From NCBI GenBank assembly GCA_026416055.1, contig JAOAFX010000003.1, positions 589 through 64,588 on the forward strand: 64,000 nt of DNA, written 5' to 3'. Numbering within the stretch: position 1 is the stretch's first letter; each line of letters begins with the position of its first letter. Positions 1-8,726 of the stretch are shown here, piece after piece. Both the position numbers and the translations under genes were made by a program. The DNA is from a candidate division WOR-3 bacterium (GTDB lineage Bacteria > Hydrothermota > Tepidihabitantia > SM23-42 > JAOAFX01). The notes beneath the pieces were generated by a model. It did not search any database. It was given only the letters and a program-made list of their open reading frames with translations, and was not told the origin of the DNA.

Positions 1-625
1 CAAGGATTGTATCACCGGCGTGCAAAAGATAACTCCTGAATGGTTCAAGGACGAATATTGCATCGACCTTCTTGCTCGGTAAGGCAGTAATCAATTCATC
101 ATAACTTAAAGGCACTTTTGTATACTTTGTGAGCTTTTCAATCGCTAAATTTGGAGCAATCAAATCGAAAAGGTAAGATTCTTCGTTCAAATATCCAATT
201 TTCTTTCCATTAAGATCCTTCAGAAATTTTATCTTCGTACCCTTGGGAATAATGATTGCGTCGGCAATACCTTTAAATGTAATAGAACCGATTGCCTTTA
301 CTGTATCACCATTGATACTCGGTGATATCAACAGTTTATACCAGGGTACCGCACATACCTCATATTCCTTTTTCATCAAACCTTCAAGCGGATCGCCACT
401 GATATTTACAAACTCCGGTGCTACTTTCTCAATGCTAAAATAGCGTCGGGTAGTGTCAATTCTGGCAACGTGAAAAGGCAGCCCGCCAAAGAATTTGTCA
501 ACACCGATACGGACTTTAACCGGTTGTGCCTCTTTATACTGGGGATAACCCACAACAAATAATAGAACGACAAGACCAATGAATATCAAAATGTTGAGAA
601 TGGTTTCTGTGGTCTTTGTATTCAT
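1..625 (-). CDS. ABC transporter substrate-binding protein (SsuA/NMT1-like), 3' end outside window
   Basis: Manually translated (not in ORF track). ATG 625-623 overlaps the upstream stop (ATGA). MNTKTTETILNILIFIGLVVLLFVVG (TM anchor) ...VRIGVD...IKFLKDLNGKKIG...KVDAIFVLEPF motifs; open to window edge. Confidence 0.7.
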   Translation of the reverse strand, partial: MNTKTTETILNILIFIGLVVLLFVVGYPQYKEAQPVKVRIGVDKFFGGLPFHVARIDTTRRYFSIEKVAPEFVNISGDPLEGLMKKEYEVCAVPWYKLLISPSINGDTVKAIGSITFKGIADAIIIPKGTKIKFLKDLNGKKIGYLNEESYLFDLIAPNLAIEKLTKYTKVPLSYDELITALPSKKVDAIFVLEPFRSYLLHAGDTIL

Positions 626-1851
626 TTCTTCTCCTTTAATTTTAATACCTTGTCAGCCCTCTGAAGATATTCAAAAGACTTCTTTGTATCACCTATCTCA
701 CGATATACGTAGGCAAGATTTGTTAACACATCAACATTTTCAGGCTCTAAAGGAAGTGCTTTTTCTTCATATATTTCTATAGCCTTCTTAAAATTCTTCT
801 CCTGCGAATAGGTCACCCCGATGTAGAACCATGCCGGGAAATCATCATGTTTTAATTCAACCACCTTTTCAAAGTATTTCCTTGCCTCATTCCATTTACC
901 CATCCGGATTAAAATCTCACCAACGAAAAACAAAACATCAATATCATCGGGAATGAATTCTGAAGCTTTAGTAAGATTCTTCAGTGCGAGGGTATCATTC
1001 TTTAAGTTAAGGTGAATGATACCCACAAGATAATAGCTCCGGCCTAATCCCTCATTTACCTTGACAAACTTTTCTACATTCTTTTCTTGTGCAGATAAAC
1101 CACCATCATGACCGAGTTTTACTTTAATAAACTGGTCAAGCTCGTCTTTCTTTTCTCCTTTCCATAACCTTATCAATTCTCCGGCCAGCGATTGCTGAAA
1201 TTCTACATTCTTAAAGAGTAGATTCTTCAACTTTGTGTATTCACCTTCATGTGATTTAATAGAGTTACCAAGATAGAAAAATGCTGAATCGTATGCCTGC
1301 TTGTCAAAATATGCACGACCAATGAAATAGTTTGCTTCAGCATTTTCTTTATCAAATTCAAGAATTTTGAAAAAGATCTTCAGTGCCTTTTCTTTCTCAC
1401 CGGTGTCTATATAGATATTTCCTTCCAGTATATACTGGCTTGGATTTTCTGGATCGAGCTTTTTGGCAAAATTTAAATTAACGAGTGCAACCTCATATTT
1501 TTTATCTAAATAAGCCTTGTACCCTGTACTGTAAAACACACGCCAGTATGCAGAGACATTCCTTCCATTTTCATCACCTTTTAGCCATTTTATTGTGGCC
1601 AAAGAATCTTTGTTAAAAGCTTTCTGGAAGGCCGCACTTGCTTCCTCGTAGTTGTCAAGACCAAGTTCGGCTTTACCCAGAAGGCAATATGCTTCATAAT
1701 CATCAGGTGCTATTTTTATCCCTTCAAGCGCCTGCTCCTTTGCCCGTTGATAATCTTGTTGGGCAATATATATCTTACAGGCATTCTTCCACGTCGGTGG
1801 ACATCCTAAAAAAAACAAAACAGTAAAAGGCAGTATGAAATATTTTTTCAT
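622..1851 (-). CDS. TPR-repeat lipoprotein
   Basis: Lipobox-like FFLGC after a basic/hydrophobic N-terminus; many TPR motifs; GGAGG SD upstream. Confidence 0.8.
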   Translation of the reverse strand: MKKYFILPFTVLFFLGCPPTWKNACKIYIAQQDYQRAKEQALEGIKIAPDDYEAYCLLGKAELGLDNYEEASAAFQKAFNKDSLATIKWLKGDENGRNVSAYWRVFYSTGYKAYLDKKYEVALVNLNFAKKLDPENPSQYILEGNIYIDTGEKEKALKIFFKILEFDKENAEANYFIGRAYFDKQAYDSAFFYLGNSIKSHEGEYTKLKNLLFKNVEFQQSLAGELIRLWKGEKKDELDQFIKVKLGHDGGLSAQEKNVEKFVKVNEGLGRSYYLVGIIHLNLKNDTLALKNLTKASEFIPDDIDVLFFVGEILIRMGKWNEARKYFEKVVELKHDDFPAWFYIGVTYSQEKNFKKAIEIYEEKALPLEPENVDVLTNLAYVYREIGDTKKSFEYLQRADKVLKLKEKK

Positions 1852-1871
1852 TTTTTGCCTCCTTCAAGGGT

Positions 1872-1899
1872 ATTCTATTCAAAATATTGACAAAGTCAA
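1872..1899 (-). promoter_or_regulatory. sigma70-type promoter TTGACT-N16-TAGAAT
   Basis: Read directly upstream of the TPR lipoprotein gene. Confidence 0.6.
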
Positions 1900-1914
1900 T
1901 AGTAAATTTCACTC

Positions 1915-1942
1915 TTGATTTTTTAAAATTTATGTATATATT
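1915..1942 (+). promoter_or_regulatory. sigma70-type promoter TTGATT-N16-TATATT (alr operon)
   Basis: -10 ends 7 nt before the alr ATG; no SD. Confidence 0.55.
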
Positions 1943-1949
1943 TAAATAA

Positions 1950-3137
1950 ATGGTTTATAATCTCGGACGAACCTGGGCAGAAATCGAACTCGACCACCTG
2001 AGAAACAACTATGAAATCATAAAAAAGAAGGTCAGGAACAAAAAGATTATGGCCGCGATAAAGGCTGATGCCTATGGTCACGGGGCGGTTGAAGTAGCAA
2101 AGACACTTCAAAAACTCGGCGTCGAGATGTTCGGCGTCGCAAGTGCTGAGGAGGGGATTGAATTAAGACTTGCCGGTATAAAATCAAAGATCGTTATTCT
2201 CAGTCCCCTTCTTGATGAACAGATTGAAATCTGTTTGGAATATAATCTTATCCCCACCATATCTGAATTATCGTTTTTTGAAGCCCTTAATAACCGTTTA
2301 AATAAGCATAAAAGACCGATGCTCGTACATATTGAAGTAGATACCGGTATGACCCGAACCGGTTTTCCCTATGATAAGACGATCGATGCTATCATGAAAA
2401 TTGCTGGTTCACCATATATAAAAATTGAAGGCATTTTTTCGCACTTTCCGCTGGCAGAATCGGATGGTGTTTTCTCGCAGCAACAGATAAAGAAACTTAC
2501 AGCATTGTTAAATCAATTGAAACATTTGAAAATAAGGCCTAAATTTTTCCACCTTGCTAATTCTTCCGGTATTTTTCGTTATCCCCAATCCCATTTCAAT
2601 CTTGTCCGGCCAGGTATCGCGCTTTACGGTCTCAGGTCATCGCCAGAAATAGAATATGGCAGTGGTTTCCAACCGGTGCTGAGTCTGAAGTCAAGAATTG
2701 TTAATATCCGGACTGTGCCTAAAAATACTCCTATCAGCTATGGCCATACATACCGCACCAGAAGGAAAAGCCGGATTGCCACTGTCAGTGTCGGTTATGG
2801 AGACGGTTACCCAAGGTTACTTTCAAATAATGCAGAGGTACTCTGCCATGGCAGAAGAATAAAAGTTGTTGGTGCAATATGTATGGATTTAATGATGATA
2901 GATGTGACAGATGTGCCCGAGGCCAATCTCGGTGATATCGTGACCCTTATAGGAAAAGACGGCAAGGAAGAAATTCGTGCCGAAGAACTGGCACAGAAAT
3001 GCAATACGATTGTCTATGAGATAACCTCAGGCATTGGACCAAGGGTTGCTCGGGTATTTAAAGATAAAGGTAAAATTCTGGGTATAAGAGATTTGTTAGG
3101 CAGGTGGAAGAATTATATAAGGCAGGGAACTAAATAA
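1950..3137 (+). CDS. alr: Alanine racemase
   Basis: PLP-lysine motif AAIKADAYGHG; HIEVDTGMTRTG; GYGDGY; ICMD. Confidence 0.97.
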   Translation: MVYNLGRTWAEIELDHLRNNYEIIKKKVRNKKIMAAIKADAYGHGAVEVAKTLQKLGVEMFGVASAEEGIELRLAGIKSKIVILSPLLDEQIEICLEYNLIPTISELSFFEALNNRLNKHKRPMLVHIEVDTGMTRTGFPYDKTIDAIMKIAGSPYIKIEGIFSHFPLAESDGVFSQQQIKKLTALLNQLKHLKIRPKFFHLANSSGIFRYPQSHFNLVRPGIALYGLRSSPEIEYGSGFQPVLSLKSRIVNIRTVPKNTPISYGHTYRTRRKSRIATVSVGYGDGYPRLLSNNAEVLCHGRRIKVVGAICMDLMMIDVTDVPEANLGDIVTLIGKDGKEEIRAEELAQKCNTIVYEITSGIGPRVARVFKDKGKILGIRDLLGRWKNYIRQGTK

Positions 3138-3150
3138 AAAGGAGGTTAGT

Positions 3151-4176
3151 ATGAAGCGTTTGGCTCTGCTTCTAATTTTTGTCTCCATATTCGCACAGGA
3201 GACAACCCATACCGTGAAACCAGGGGACACCCTCTGGGATATTGCCGGATTTTACTATCAGAATCCCTTTTTGTGGCCATACATATGGCGGGCAAATCTA
3301 ACCAAGATTGAAGACCCACACTGGATTTATCCAGACGAGGTTTTCGTAATACCACCAGCTCCTGAAGAAACACTGGGGGTAGTACCTGAAGTCCCGCCTG
3401 AAGCACCACCAGAAGTCGTTCCCGAGGTCTATACCTATGCTCCGACTCCAACCAAAAAAGTAGCTGAAGTTGTTTCAGTCGTCAAACCAGAGGAGCGTAT
3501 TTTCAGCGAAGATTTAATACATCGAGCTGGTTTCATACTCACCGAGGACTTGCCGTACTGGGGCAGGATTACCGGAACTGAACCTGCTGATGAAAAAAAT
3601 ATTACTGCTTATAAAACGATATATATTGATCGGGCAAAGGATGTAAAAAAAGGAGATATCCTGACCATTTACCGACATGGTAAAGATATTAAACATCCAA
3701 AAACCGGTGCCTTTCTGGGTAAAGAGATAATTGTGCTGGGTAGGGCTGAAATCGATGAAATTGGTGAACAGGGCTCAAGGTGTAAAGTGATAGATTCTTA
3801 TGAGATAATTAAAAAAGGCGATTTTGTCACTCCTTATCATCCCCAGCTTGGACCTGAGAATGTCACTTTTGTCCCTGCAACTAAACAAATTGAAGGTTAT
3901 GTAGTAGAGGTGAAGACCTACAAGACTCAGACAACTCCGCCACATGTCTTTGTTTATATAGACCAGGGCGAGAATTCTGGAGTTGCAGTTGGCGATATAT
4001 TTGATGTATATCAGGAACGGGTTGTTGGTGGTAAGAAGATGCCTGATTATACAATTGCCCGGGTTCAGATAGTTAGTATATTTGAAAGGGCATCAATTGG
4101 TTTATTGAGATGGGAAGAGAAAGTTCCAACTGTAAAACGTGGTGAAAAGTGCCGTCTGGTAATGGAGGCACGGTAA
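3151..4176 (+). CDS. Secreted LysM peptidoglycan-binding protein (TsaP-like architecture)
   Basis: Classical signal peptide; LysM HTVKPGDTLWDIA...NPFLWPYIW...IEDPHWIYP; Pro/Glu linker; two beta-rich FlgT-C-like repeats (IYIDRAKDVKKGD / VYIDQGENSGVAVGD). Confidence 0.8.
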   Translation: MKRLALLLIFVSIFAQETTHTVKPGDTLWDIAGFYYQNPFLWPYIWRANLTKIEDPHWIYPDEVFVIPPAPEETLGVVPEVPPEAPPEVVPEVYTYAPTPTKKVAEVVSVVKPEERIFSEDLIHRAGFILTEDLPYWGRITGTEPADEKNITAYKTIYIDRAKDVKKGDILTIYRHGKDIKHPKTGAFLGKEIIVLGRAEIDEIGEQGSRCKVIDSYEIIKKGDFVTPYHPQLGPENVTFVPATKQIEGYVVEVKTYKTQTTPPHVFVYIDQGENSGVAVGDIFDVYQERVVGGKKMPDYTIARVQIVSIFERASIGLLRWEEKVPTVKRGEKCRLVMEAR

Positions 4177-4640
4177 TGAAAGAGAAAGAAGCATTAAGCC
4201 AGGTATACCTTTTCCGGGAGTTGACCCCGAGCGAGATGGACATCCTCTTATCCATCTCGAAGGAAAAGCGGGTGAAAAAGAATGAAGTTATTTTCAAAGA
4301 AGGTGATATCGGTGATGCGTTTTACCTCATCGTCTCGGGCAGTGTGAGAATTTCTACTATCGTGCCTGGTGTAGGAGAAGAAGCGCTGACAATCCTTCGA
4401 GAAGGCGAGTACTTTGGCGAGATGGCGTTGATTGATGATGCACCCCGTTCTGCATCAGCAATTGCCAATGATGATACAATCCTTCTGATGATAGAAAAAG
4501 AAGATTTTCGCCGACTCCTTGCACAGGATACAGGTATTGCCTATAAATTACTCTGGGTTTTCACCCGAACACTTTCAGCACGATTAAGAAAGACTGACGA
4601 GCAATTAAAGAGCATATTTGCTATCGCAAAGACATTTTAA
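4176..4640 (+). CDS. Stand-alone cyclic-nucleotide-binding domain protein
   Basis: Phosphate-binding cassette GEYFGEMALIDDAPRSASA; no HTH follows; ATG overlaps the upstream TAA (TAATG). Confidence 0.88.
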   Translation: MKEKEALSQVYLFRELTPSEMDILLSISKEKRVKKNEVIFKEGDIGDAFYLIVSGSVRISTIVPGVGEEALTILREGEYFGEMALIDDAPRSASAIANDDTILLMIEKEDFRRLLAQDTGIAYKLLWVFTRTLSARLRKTDEQLKSIFAIAKTF

Positions 4641-4684
4641 AAAGGGGTGAGGAACTCGCCGGATAGAAAAAATATAGATCTCAA

Positions 4685-5008
4685 ATGGGAAAGGTAGTCG
4701 TCTTATTGCTTGCCCTGTCCCTCATCGTTGAAAGGGTAACAGAAAAAATTTTATATCTTTTTCCTGATATGAAAAAACGATTGTTCGCCCGGATAGTGAG
4801 CACTGCGCTTGGAGTTATCATTGCCTTTTCCTTTAATTTTGGATTTATAAGAGAACTGGGATTGATAGCAGGTTCAAACCTGGCGCATTCGATTGACTGT
4901 ATTATAACCGGTTTGCTCATTGCCTGTGGTAGTGAGCCCATACATTCGATAGTCGATGGCCTTGCATATAGAAAAGAAGAATTGAAGAGGAAGGCGAAGA
5001 ATGTTTGA
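4685..5008 (+). CDS. Small membrane protein (about 3 TM segments)
   Basis: Three hydrophobic segments; overlaps the next gene. Confidence 0.7.
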   Translation: MGKVVVLLLALSLIVERVTEKILYLFPDMKKRLFARIVSTALGVIIAFSFNFGFIRELGLIAGSNLAHSIDCIITGLLIACGSEPIHSIVDGLAYRKEELKRKAKNV

Positions 5009-8000
5009 AATATTTGCTGGAAAAGATCCCCAGAAAGCATATCAACGTGCTCAGGAGTATTTAAGGGAGGGTAAAATAACTTCTGCCATAAAGGTTCTGG
5101 AGGACAATCTTACTGAAACTGAAGAATCATTTCCTTTGTACCTTGAACTCGCACGCCTTTATTTTGAAAATCAACAGAGGGCAGAAGCGGTTGAAACATT
5201 GAAGACGGCGCATACGCTATATCCTGCCCGGGTTGATGAAATCATCGGCCTTCTATCTGATTATTTTTTCCGTTATACATCAATTGATGCCGGTGATTTT
5301 CTCCTTCAATTATACACATCACAAGAAGAATATGACGAATTATTTAAAGTTCTACGGGCATTCAATGAGCGAGAAGTGAAATTACTCATAAACCGTTATG
5401 AAAAGCTGAAACAGAATATTGTAGCAAAAAAAGTTTTTTCAAAAAGGGATTTTGAAAACCTTATCATCTATGGAACGATAATCTTCACATTCCAGGAAAG
5501 TAAATTGGCACTTGATAATATAGAATTTCTGTTAGAAACTGAAGGATTTCAGAAACAACTTTTAAGCTGGGCAAGGGCAATATCACGAGAGCGATTCAAT
5601 GACCCTTATGCAGCACTCCTTTTACTTAAAACCGAAGCCCATGCCGGACATGTGCCTGAAGTCCTTAATCAGGCACAGCGTATTTACGAAAAATTTCCGG
5701 ATTTCATCGACCCTCTGCTCGATACACTCGTCTCTATCCATCCGCCCCAGGATTTAGAATCGACCTACACTCAATTCATTACCGAACTGTATGTTAAAAA
5801 AGGAGACCTTGATGCCTCTCTGGCGAGGCTGGAGGGAATGCTAAAAAAGGATCCTTCAAAGATTGATGATGTAATTAAAACACTGCGTGAACTCCAGCGA
5901 ATAAATCCCAAAAATTTAAAAGTCTTATTCAACCTCGCCGATAACCTGCTCAATGCTGGAAGGATATCACTGGCGATAACCGAATTTGACAAGATTCTTG
6001 AAATTGACCCTGATCAATATCAAGAAGTGATGCTGAGATACGAGCGGGCATTTGAGAAAGAACCGAATAACCCGCTGGTCATTCAAGGGCTGGTAAATTT
6101 TTATTTGAAACAAAGAAAGATTGATGAGGCAGTCCAGGTAATCGACCGTGCATATAAAATTGACCGGGGATTGCTTGATGAATATCTCCAGAATTTGAAC
6201 CTTATTTTAGAGCAAGCACCGGAACATTATCATGGCCTGTACTTGCTTGGTCTATGCTATAGTCACAAAGGTGAAGAGGATAACGCAGCAATCATTTTTG
6301 AAAAACTTCTCGAAGATAAAAAATTTGACCTTGTTGATAAGGCACTCGATGAAATTTTAAGAATCCATCCGGACAATCCCGTCTATCTTGTATTGAAGGC
6401 AAAGACGCTCATCAATTTGAATAAAGATACCGAAGGATTTGAGTTGCTCCAGAAACACATTAATGAAGAAAATATTATCACCTTTGTTCCAATACTTGAC
6501 ACGATACTAAACCATAAACCAGAACTTTCAAAAGAGATACTTGGCATTTATACGAGATTTCGTGACAAAGAACCAGTGATATTCGATATTGCCCTTGCAC
6601 GCGGATACGCTTACGCAGGAGAATATGAAAAGGCTGTAAAGAAGTTTGAAGAACTTCTTTACAGAGAAGAAGAGAAAGACACCGCTAAGCGGGCACTGAT
6701 TGAAGTAATAAAAGAAAGACCAAAGGCAGTCCCCCTCCTTCTTACTGCTGCACGCACGTTTTTAAAGGATGGTGAAATTGAAATAGCCACCCAGTTTTTC
6801 AAGACCGCCCAGCTGGTTGATCCCAAGGCATTTTTTGAAATCATTGACGAGTTTTATGATACATTAAAGGCTTTTCCTAAAGACCGTGAAGTATGGATAT
6901 TACTCATTGATACATTCTTCAACCGGAAATTATACGATCGGGTAATTGAAGAGGCAAAAAGAGCAATAGAGGTCTTCGGTAATCAGGCACAATACTTTCA
7001 TCTCAAACTCGGACAGGCATATGTTGAGAGCGGAAATCTGAGCGACGGTGTCAGACCGCTTATGCTTGCCCTTGATGGTGATACTGATTACTCAGCAGAA
7101 GTTATAAGCTATCTCGATAAAATCCTCGCAGTTGACAAGAGCAATGTCCCCGCCCACTTTGCACGGGGCAGGGCACTGGCAAGGGCAAAAAGAATTGATG
7201 AAGCAGTAGAAGAATACCTCTTAACAGCCAGGATTGTGCCGGCACGGGCTGAGTATGTGCTTGATGAATTAAAAACTCTCTCGGCCAAATCTATTGCCAA
7301 TCCCAAGGTGATATTTGCAATGGGAGTAATTGAATTGAATTTAAAGAAATATGCCGAAGGTATAAGACATCTCGTTCAAGCCTGTGAGCTTGACAACGCC
7401 CTTGTGGCTCGTGTTTTACCGCTCTTAGAAAAATTAAATACCCAGATGCCATCACCACTGCTCTCTTTCAATCTGGCGCGTGTTTACCATCTTGCCAATT
7501 TAAAATCATCGGCAATAAAATTTTTCATTGAAGCCCAGGAAAAGGAACCGGCATTCCGCGAACCTGCAATAACAGAAATGAAGAGGATTTGTAGTGAAGA
7601 ACCACAAGATGTTGAAGCGAGAAAAGGCCTGGCGCAGATCTATCTGAATTACAACAATCTTGAGGATGCATTATATACAACTGAAGAAGTCTTCAATATT
7701 GACAAAAATGAGACTCCATGGGTAAAAGGATTTCTGATGCAGATCCTTTCAAAAAATTCAAATCACATTCCTTCTTATTATTTCCTCGGCCGATTATTCA
7801 TCTATGAAGAAAATTATAGCAAAGCAGTCGAAATATACAAAAAACTTGCAGAAATTGCACCTCAGGAAATACCCACAATCATTGAAACACTCAGCCCGAT
7901 ATGTGAAAAATCAGATGAACTGATATATTACACAGGGATATTATATAAAGAAATTGGCGAGTTCAACCGGACGGTAGGGTTGTTCAAAAAAATATTTGAT

Positions 8001-8726
8001 AGAAACCCTGAATTTGCTGATAAATTGGTCGCCCACTTAAAAGAAATTACGATAAAAAATGAAAAAATGATTCCGGCCTTCTTACTTCTGAGTGAGATTT
8101 ATGCGTTTAAAAAAGAATACGAAACCGCGATTGAATTCTTGAAGAAAGTAGAAAAACTTGTGCCTCAGAGAAGAGAAGAAATTCTTTTGAAAAAGGGGCT
8201 TTTATATTTTGAAAAAGGCGATATTAACCAGACCGTTGCATTATATGCCAATCTTCTACAGGAAGCAAAAGATCGGAGTGTCGTATATAAAACGATTAAG
8301 AAGATTAGAGATGATTATTTTAATAGAAGATTGAAAGAAATCGCAGGCAATTCAGATGAAGACCGATTGTTAAGGGCTGATATTTATCTTTCGTTGAACC
8401 GAATAAAGGATGCAGAAATAGAATTACAGGCACTGAGCCCGGACGCAGCACGTCAGCGTAATTCTATAATCTTGAAATCAAAACTTTTACTTAAAAAGAA
8501 TCAACCTGTTGATGCCCTCGAGGTTTTGAGGAAACTACCGGTTGATAAAGAGACAGCAATGCTCTATGCAGAGATTTACGAGACACTTGGTGCATATGCA
8601 ACGGCAGCGGGCATTTTGAAATCTTTAGGGGATGATTCTTTATTCCCTGCAATTGAAAAATATGAAAGACTGGCACAGGAGCGGCGTCTGGGAAGGGGAA
8701 GGTATCTTATTGAAGGGAGGATTTGA
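5001..8726 (+). CDS. Giant cytoplasmic TPR-repeat protein (1241 aa)
   Basis: TPR-like helical repeats along the whole length; no signal peptide. Confidence 0.85.
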   Translation: MFEIFAGKDPQKAYQRAQEYLREGKITSAIKVLEDNLTETEESFPLYLELARLYFENQQRAEAVETLKTAHTLYPARVDEIIGLLSDYFFRYTSIDAGDFLLQLYTSQEEYDELFKVLRAFNEREVKLLINRYEKLKQNIVAKKVFSKRDFENLIIYGTIIFTFQESKLALDNIEFLLETEGFQKQLLSWARAISRERFNDPYAALLLLKTEAHAGHVPEVLNQAQRIYEKFPDFIDPLLDTLVSIHPPQDLESTYTQFITELYVKKGDLDASLARLEGMLKKDPSKIDDVIKTLRELQRINPKNLKVLFNLADNLLNAGRISLAITEFDKILEIDPDQYQEVMLRYERAFEKEPNNPLVIQGLVNFYLKQRKIDEAVQVIDRAYKIDRGLLDEYLQNLNLILEQAPEHYHGLYLLGLCYSHKGEEDNAAIIFEKLLEDKKFDLVDKALDEILRIHPDNPVYLVLKAKTLINLNKDTEGFELLQKHINEENIITFVPILDTILNHKPELSKEILGIYTRFRDKEPVIFDIALARGYAYAGEYEKAVKKFEELLYREEEKDTAKRALIEVIKERPKAVPLLLTAARTFLKDGEIEIATQFFKTAQLVDPKAFFEIIDEFYDTLKAFPKDREVWILLIDTFFNRKLYDRVIEEAKRAIEVFGNQAQYFHLKLGQAYVESGNLSDGVRPLMLALDGDTDYSAEVISYLDKILAVDKSNVPAHFARGRALARAKRIDEAVEEYLLTARIVPARAEYVLDELKTLSAKSIANPKVIFAMGVIELNLKKYAEGIRHLVQACELDNALVARVLPLLEKLNTQMPSPLLSFNLARVYHLANLKSSAIKFFIEAQEKEPAFREPAITEMKRICSEEPQDVEARKGLAQIYLNYNNLEDALYTTEEVFNIDKNETPWVKGFLMQILSKNSNHIPSYYFLGRLFIYEENYSKAVEIYKKLAEIAPQEIPTIIETLSPICEKSDELIYYTGILYKEIGEFNRTVGLFKKIFDRNPEFADKLVAHLKEITIKNEKMIPAFLLLSEIYAFKKEYETAIEFLKKVEKLVPQRREEILLKKGLLYFEKGDINQTVALYANLLQEAKDRSVVYKTIKKIRDDYFNRRLKEIAGNSDEDRLLRADIYLSLNRIKDAEIELQALSPDAARQRNSIILKSKLLLKKNQPVDALEVLRKLPVDKETAMLYAEIYETLGAYATAAGILKSLGDDSLFPAIEKYERLAQERRLGRGRYLIEGRI

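Noticed and set aside
1885..1901. Palindrome TATTGAC-AAA-GTCAATA as a transcription-factor operator
   Set aside because: Its right arm is the -35 of the minus-strand promoter, and no second copy or cognate regulator was seen; an operator role cannot be excluded
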